A stretch of 64,000 nt of DNA from the human T2T-CHM13v2.0 reference genome, Homo sapiens: the NCBI RefSeq assembly GCF_009914755.1, contig NC_060926.1; one strand, 5' to 3'. A model generated the notes under the pieces. It searched no databases and was not told where the DNA came from. It saw nothing but the letters and a program-made list of their open reading frames with translations. Below, one piece after another: positions 55,446 through 64,000 of this stretch (position 1 is the stretch's first letter; the number at the start of each line of letters is the position of its first letter). The position numbers and the translations under genes were made by a program.

Positions 55446-56399
55446 TATCTATCTCTTTTTCATTCTCCCTTGCGTCTTCACTGTCCAGGGCCTTCTCTTC
55501 AAGAACCACACAGACTATTCTACTGAAAAGAATCCTGGGAAACCCCAGGTCTCTGCTTTTGCCAGAACTGGCTACAGACTTCATCCCAGTATTTCAACAT
55601 CCTTCACATCATTCCTGACTTTGAACACAAGCAAACAAATCCTTTTTCATTTAAGAAAACAAAGATGACAAACATGAGGAAGTATTAAATTCCAGAACCT
55701 TAAAAAGTTCTCCCAAGCCCTGTTTCCAATTAAGTTGAAGCCAGTTAGACTCTAGCTCTCCTCTTTTATCCTCAGGCTAGAGTTTCCCAAATTTCATTCT
55801 ATTTTTCACCACCCTCTGCATTATAAACAGACATCTTCTCCTTCTTCAAGAAATCTCATTTCCCAATACATAGGCCCAAAGAAGAAATCAGGGCAGAAAA
55901 ATCATGTGCTCTTATTAACAACCATTTCAACCATCTCAATGGGTACAGATGTTGTACCTTTTGATATTTTTCCCTCTCTTCACTAAAGAAAACTAGTAGT
56001 TTTTTCCTCCATCAATAGCATTTTAATAAAATATTTTTATTTTTAAAATATGGGGATGCAATATATTTCTGCCATAAAAGAACGTGTTTGAATTTCTTTA
56101 GACCATTATTTATTAAGTCTACTTAACTGACTCTGGAATCTCTGGAACCTAGGACATTAGAGTATATTAGCATCCTAAACCATACATTCTTGGAAATGTT
56201 TGTCTAATATAAGGCAGCACTGACTTGCTTTAAATGTTTCTGGAATGCAACTCCACTCATCTTACCTACTCCTTCAGAAAATTATATCTCCAGCTGAAAT
56301 GCTTAGGCTCATTTGTTTCATGTTTGCTATACGCCGGGCATTACACTAAAAGAGATATTATCCTTTCCACTGAATAGACAAAGAAATCTGGATTAAGTA

Positions 56400-56750
56400 A
56401 TATATTAGGGAGTTTTTTAATGTAAAAAAGAGAAATCTCAACTCACAGTAGCCTAAGCAACAAGGATTTTTTATTATCTCATAGAGCAAGAAATTTTGAG
56501 GCAGAGTGACTCTAGGGATGGTTAACTTATTAGCTCAATGACATCATCAATGATCTGGAACTTTTCCATCTTTTTGTTCTCCCATCTTCATCACTGCCAC
56601 TTTGTCCAAGACCAGCTGACCTCACGAGCACAAGCATGCCATGCAGATATGACAATGTCCAACAAAACATAAGAGAGAAAGAGAGAGAAATAATGGGTCT
56701 TTGGCATCTATTCAAATGTAGTTTTTTTTTTTTCTATGAGCCTCTATAAG
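56400..56750 (-). mobile_element. Ancient MLT1 (L/N-like) LTR fragment
   Basis: caactcacagtagcctaagcaacaagg...agctcaatgacatcatcaatgatctgg. Confidence 0.55.
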
Positions 56751-59700
56751 GAAAAAAATCAGACCCTCTATATCAGTTCTCACTGGATCTCAGATCTCAA
56801 TAAAATAAATGACTTTCTTTTTTGGTTGATTCTTAATATTTTACTGGAACAGTAGTCCTTTCAAAAGCTTATAATCATGTTATTCAAATATCCTTTTAAA
56901 AATCTGCTTAGTTATCACTATACAGTTGCTCTTCCCTCCCTTTCTATGATGTCCTCCTTCCCCCTACCTGAGCATCACAGAGCCTCTCCTCCCCTGTTGA
57001 CCATAAGGCGATTCTTAGAGGAGGTCTTAGGATGTGCCAGTATATAAAAGAAAGTCTATAATTTTCATGAATTGAAAGAAGTGGGGCTTGATGGACACCT
57101 GGTCACCGGCTGGTTTAGCATTTCTCTTCCTCCTTCCCACAGTAAATTCTTAGTAACACAATAGGGTCTAATTTTAATTCTTAGTTTGGGGGCTAATTTT
57201 CCACAACATTGGCTGAATTCTTTTAATGTCGAATTAGACAGACTTGCATCCCAGGACTGTGCCAGTCCAATCACTGTTGGGGAAAATGACTGGGAGCTTG
57301 GAATAGGGTCAGCTCTCTCTGCCTTTTTCAGATAAATGATGGCACACAAACAGGACTGGGACAGTCTCAGCAAGGAAGAAGTGGAGAGTGGCTGTGCGGT
57401 AAGCATCCAATAAATCCTCTGTAAGTATCTTATTACCTGGGCATTAAGTATACCAAGTTAGTTGATTCTTTGAAGTTGCATGGCTGTACCCTTCCATCTA
57501 CACTTTTGTGTACTATTTTGAAGTCAACCTGGGTATCTGGATATCAAAGGAGAAGTCTTACTCTTCTAGGTCCCAAGTAGCGAGATAAATTCCAAGAAGA
57601 ACTGCTGCCCATTAGAATTAGAAATATCGCTAATAACTACTAGTATGAATTTATATTGTCATTTATTTCTTCAAGTTTTAAAGCATATCCCCATCTTAAT
57701 TGTGCAGTTCTCAAAGGCAGTATAGAAGTGAGTAAGAGTTACATCAGGGACAAATATCCTAACCCAACTATTTGTAATTTAAAAAAAAAAAAAAGTGACC
57801 TAGACCAACACCATTTTTTTCCTTGGTTCAATTCAAATGACCTGAAATGTATTGGCAGGATCCACAAAGATTTTGAGTTTTAAATATATGAAAGTCCCAG
57901 ATGGTTTTATTGGCTCGACATTTTTCTATGATTTCATTTTGTCAGAGCAGCCACCTAAGAGCATAACTAACACTGATTTAAGTTGGCCCCTTCCAAACGC
58001 ATTGAAAAATAATGGAATAAAAAAGAACAAGGCCTTAATATGCTGATGTCTCATTATGAATTGCAAAATGATCCACATAGTTCCATAAAATTTCAGGGCC
58101 AAAAATAACTCACACAGCAGTGAATTGCAGACATTGATACACTTTATGCCCAAAAATTACTGGGTGAAAGATGGTTTAGAGATGATTTCCCCCACCAAAA
58201 AAAGAGAGAGAGAGAGAAATGATCCAGACATCCACTGGCTTCCAAATACTTTTACTTAGAGAAAAGAAAAAAGTATATATACATTAGTTATCTCTCCAGG
58301 TCCACCTGGCCATCTAAAACTGACAGTCTGAAAACCAAAGGGGAGTATTCTAGTGATAGCAGGAAATTAGAATTTTTGTGAGCTTTACACTTTTTCAGAG
58401 ACATCTGCTTATAGTCATCCTTATGGTCTCACTATTTCCATAGTTTTAGAAGAACTCTTTTCAATTTTGGGGCCAAAGCATTTTTTTTCCTTTCTGCCAA
58501 TCTGTATTTTTTAGAGAGTTAGCCAAAGTGCTAAATTAATATGAAATAGATGGCCAATCATAGTCAAACTGGGAGAGAGGACACATTTGCTTTCTCAGAG
58601 TCCCCTAAAGAGCTGTTTTTTTCTCGCTTCTTTGTCTTTTTCCACTTTCGACTAGCCAATTTTGCCCTCTTAGCAAAATCTGTTCTTGAGAGGAAAGACA
58701 CAAAATACACACAGTGCATGCGTACAATTATGTTATTCATTTAGACTTTAGTCCAAGTGAATATTTGCATTTAAAACTTCTTTTCCAATAATTGTAAAAG
58801 AAAGGACTTTGCCTTCTCTGCAAAATAAATATGATCCAAATATCTCTGGATCTCACCAGTTTTGGGATACAGCATGTGACATTAAGTGTCATATCTCAGA
58901 TTTCACAGGTCTTGCCCCCATCAGCTAATCAGGCCCCTAAATCTGCAAATATTTTTTCATCATCCCCATCATGCCTAGTGGCCTGCTGGACTTCTGTATC
59001 TTATGAACTTGTCCATCAGCCATGGTCACCACTGGGCAAGTGTTGTTTTCCACATTTTTCCATGCCCTGTTCTAGGTCCTCCTGGCCAGTGTTTTTTTTT
59101 TTTCCTCCTGAGACATTGCTGTGCCTGACATCCATCATAGCTGACGTGGCTGATCGTGACGATGCCAAAGCTGTGCTGAGACTATTCTCTCAATGGTCCC
59201 AAACTTGTCAGTCCTTGAGGTACTTAGAGTGCACTGGCATTTGGTGGAGAGGAAATGGTTTTTCCTGTTATCAAGATACATGATTCCATCCAAGAATTCT
59301 AAACATGATGCCTGTATTGCCCGTATTTTTCTTCCTTCTGTGCACCCATTTACCAATTTCTCAAATTTCTTTAGTTTAAATAAAAAAATAAACAAGGCCC
59401 ATGTGGAAATCAATTCTTTGAATGAAGCTTTTGAGGGAGTGCTTTCTGTCCTTGGGGTATTTGTCATTTTGGAGGAAGACAAACATAAAACATATGAAAA
59501 TCAATGTAATAAAGGGACTAATGTGTGGTTTTAGAATAGAAGTGCTGTTTGTAGAATAAAAAAGGAAACGATAATTTTTGGCTGACCAGGCTGAAGAGAC
59601 TTCAAGGACAGAATTTTAATAAACAAAGAGAAAAGGACCAGCAGCCCATGTAGAGTGGACAGAATGAATAGAGAAACCGAGGTGGGGAGAAACACAGAGT

Positions 59701-60443
59701 GTGCCGGGCAGGCTGAGGACTCTCCTATGGGGTCTGGGTTCACTGAAGGAAATACAACTAGAGGACCTGAGGTTTCCTCAGTGGAGCAAGAAATCATTTT
59801 CCACAGTATGTGCCATGCCCCCCGGCTCAATCACATTCAAACCTGATGATTCAGATCCAAAACTGTTTTAAAGACAATCTGGTTTTATGTATATTTCATG
59901 TATATTTATTTATGTTGGAAAGAATGTGATCTTCAGATCACTGCCTAAAACGGGTTCTTGGTGATATTTTATATACTTGAGAATATAGATGTTTTCACTT
60001 CTTCTGGTAGAAAGGTATCAGTTAGAAGATGACAATAGCATGTAAGTAATGTGTTTTGCAAATGGCAGGTACTCAATGAATACTCAAAGAAAAGAAATTT
60101 CCATGAAAAGAAAAGACTTTGCTTAACTAGACCGTAGTTGTAAAACTGGTTTTTAAGCTTTGTTCTTCAAAGGGACTATAGAGACACATAGGAGAAGGGC
60201 TCCTTCCCACATGCACACATACACATACTTTAACTAGAAGATCTTCACTTTTATTTTTCTTATATAGGAGCTCTGAACAAGACTTCCTTAATAGAAAATA
60301 AGTGTTTATGGTTTAAAACTTTTGAAATATATTCTTACAATTATTGAATTAGTACCCCTGAAAAAAAGACAAGGAGTATTTTTGAAATTCTGAAGAAATT
60401 GTGATTCCAGGAGATTTGCTAATCTGATTAAGAAAGCTTCAAA

Positions 60444-60737
<294 letters not shown>

Positions 60738-61523
60738 TCAAGCAAGGCAGAAAAACAAATATCATGGTGAGTAATAAGAATGATAAATAAATAAAGATGA
60801 TTGTATAGGAAGTTCAAAAAAGTTGCAGAAAATAAAACATTCTAATATTTTTCAATTTTTATAAGCTGTTTACTAAGTAAAGGTTTTAAACAATTAAAAC
60901 TAAATTTTAGATACTAACAAGTAAATACTATCTTATGTAATACTGATACTTCTTTGTATGGGGATTCATGAATAGGAATACAGAATGAAAGAGGAACATT
61001 TTTAGACAGAAAATATCTACTAGTAAGGGAATAATTACTAGTACTATACATCAAATGCTATTCTCAAGAAAATCTCTGAACTTGATGATAGAGATCTACG
61101 TACAGAGCATCTTATAAAAGTGTACTATAGACAGCCATATAGAAGCCTTGGTCAACACCCTTTTTGGCATGATTAGGAGAGAGGTAATAATACATTTGAG
61201 TGAGCAGAAGAAAGAGGCCTGGGAGAAGGATAAATTTTACAATAGGCGATACACAGGCAAGGTAAAAAGCAGATGGAAATAATAATCATATTAACATTAG
61301 GTTAGTCTGTGGGAAAGAATGTGGAAAAAGACATATAACCACATTGTAAGTTGGGATCATAAATAAAAATGAATATAGAAAAGAAAAAGAACTATCTTAG
61401 TAAAGGTTTAGCCAACTAAAGGATTGGCCCAAGTGCCAATTATTTTGGAAATTTAAAACGCAAATTTTTAATAAAGTTGCTATGGTTATTATATTTAACC
61501 AATAATCATGATGATTTATAGTT

Positions 61524-61833
61524 TTGTTGGGGGGGAGGGGGGCGGGGGTGGTCGTGTATTTGAGACAGGGTCTCACTCCGGTTGCCCAGGCTGGAATGCA
61601 GTGGCATGATCTTGGCTCGCTGCAGCCTCAACCTTTGGGGCCCTCACTACAGCCTCCCGATAGCTGGGTCTACAGGTACACACCACCACACCTGGCTAGT
61701 CTTTTGTATTTTTAATAGAGACAGGATTTCACCCTGTTGCCCAGGCTGGTCTCGAACTCCTGGGCTCAAGCAATCTGCCCATCTTGACCTCCCAAAGGGC
61801 TGAGATTACAGGTATGAGCCAATGTGCCTGACT
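61524..61833 (-). mobile_element. AluJ-type whose tail region contains G-runs on the + strand
   Basis: ctcctgggctcaagcaatc; TSD tgattta(t/c)agtt at 61512-61523 and 61836-61847. Confidence 0.9.
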
Positions 61834-62238
61834 AGTGATTTACAGTTAATGCAAGTATTTGCCATCTAACTCATTGTTAATAATGGAGTATGGTTATGTT
61901 GTATCAATTAGGAATTGTTTATTTACAGCATGTTAGTTGCTGTTCGTCTAAGTACTATAATAGACATAATAATTATGCTATCCTTGTGGCCTGAAAAGGT
62001 GAGTGATATTTATACTGTGCTCTCTCTATAAGAAGCAACAAATAAGGGTAAGTAAATGCCGCTTTTGCATAACACTTGTCTTTGAGGATCTCTGGGTAAC
62101 ACTTCTCAGGTAGGTTGATAAGAAGAAGAATGAAATAACTTCTACCCATATTACGAATCTACTGTTGCATGTCAGGGTGCATTGATGTTAGAGATTTTAT
62201 CAACAGCCTGGAACATTTGTCTACTGCTATGAAAGTGA

Positions 62239-62632
<394 letters not shown>

Positions 62633-64000
62633 AGAAAGAGTCTTTAATACAACCTTTATTGACTTTGGACAGAGTCTTCAACCCCCACCCATTCATTACC
62701 CTTTTTATTTGAAGACAAAACCCACTCACAGAACCATTTGGCATGCAGGATGTCATTCTGAATTGGCTCACTTGAAAAAACTTTTGGCCACAGGAGTTAT
62801 GTAAACCTTTTCATTAAGGCCCTATAGTCCACATTTTAGATATTATTTTAAAACTATGAGACATTTCAGCCAAACAGACATTCTGGAACAAAAGACTGCA
62901 GATAAACAATCTGAAATTTTTTCCTTTGCTGGAGGAAGCGATTCTTTAGGCTGAAATCAAAAGCAACAACATTCTGTCCATTTTTATGCAAGCCAAAATC
63001 TACAGACACCTGGAAACACCAGATAATGTTTTTAAAAGATCACTTCCCCTCAGATGACCTGAAAGTGAGATGTGGATTCATAATCCTTTGCTCACTCAAA
63101 GGCCTTATGAAAGTTCCCCTCCCTGACTTGAGGGCACAGGATGTGATAACACATCAGTTTCTCCGGAAGACCCAGTAATTCCACTTCTCCTTGAAACAAA
63201 CCTATTCTCATCTAGTAAAACTAGTAATGAGAATTCTGATTTTATTTGTTTTTCTCTTACAGGCATTTATCATTTGGAGTTTCTAGCATTTACAGGCACA
63301 GAAATGAAAACTCAAAATTGATTGTCAAAAGATGATTTTTCACAGAGCCATGTGCATTCATTCCACAGTATTTACTTCTTAGTCAAACCAAAAAATAACT
63401 GTCTTCTCATTGCAAGTTAAAGTTGAACACGATTAAGACTTACATTTTTAGTTTTATGCAAAATTTACATTTTTTTATATGAACATTTTCACATTAAGGC
63501 TGAGAATAAGAGAAATTTTTTCAGAAAAATTGTCTTGTATTCTGTCTTTATGAAAGAAATGAATGTGCAATGCAAGAAAAAAGATTATATAAAAAAGTAT
63601 AGAAATGTGTGTATGTGTTTCTGGAAAGGAAATAAATAGCTTTCATCAGATTCTCAAATATTTATGACTCAAAAAAGGTCAAGATAGTAATAAAGAGCTA
63701 GTTCATAATCATGTCCTTGGTTCTATTCTATTCAGCTCTCTAATATTAAGTTGAACCACACACAATCGCACACAAGTGTGTGATAATTTTTTACGTACAA
63801 AAACAGCAATTTCACAAAGCACAGTCTAATATCTTCAATGAATTTTAAGAAGCATGAAAAAGTAAGGAAGAATAGCTAATATGTTGGACCCAGAATCAAG
63901 TTTGAAAAAAATCTTGGCATACTGAGATACGGAGTAGAAATATATTACAATGAAAGACAACAAAAGTAAGCCAAAAATCCTACATGGAGCTGCATAAAAC

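Overview
AT-rich, CpG-poor primate (human-like) non-coding DNA, intergenic or deep intronic, dominated by interspersed repeats: 13 Alus (J, S and Y), a ~4.4 kb internally deleted L1PB-type LINE-1, older L1M/L2/MIR fragments, many MaLR LTRs (MLT1, MST), a MER11 (HERV-K11/HML-8) solo LTR with an intact 6-bp TSD, ERV1 solo LTRs and hAT/Tigger MITEs. I find no intact protein-coding gene, RNA gene or CRISPR array, and no new multi-gene system; the ORF track is explained by L1 ORF2 remnants, Alu and low-complexity translations, one MaLR internal ORF remnant and chance ORFs. The best observations are structural: (1) a ~1.37 kb inversion (about 17592-18966) reconstructable because it splits both an MST retrotransposon and the MIR it inserted into; (2) a ~560 bp fold-back with 189-bp arms at 50721-51279; (3) a 47-bp templated insertion copied from 1.8 kb away, next to two other template-switch scars; (4) several perfect hairpins and micro-duplications; (5) a two-LTR MLT1 element with DUX4-type motifs and a perfect splice donor just past its 3' LTR. 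Repeat subfamily names come from recalled consensus sequences and need RepeatMasker/Dfam confirmation; boundaries of old elements are approximate.
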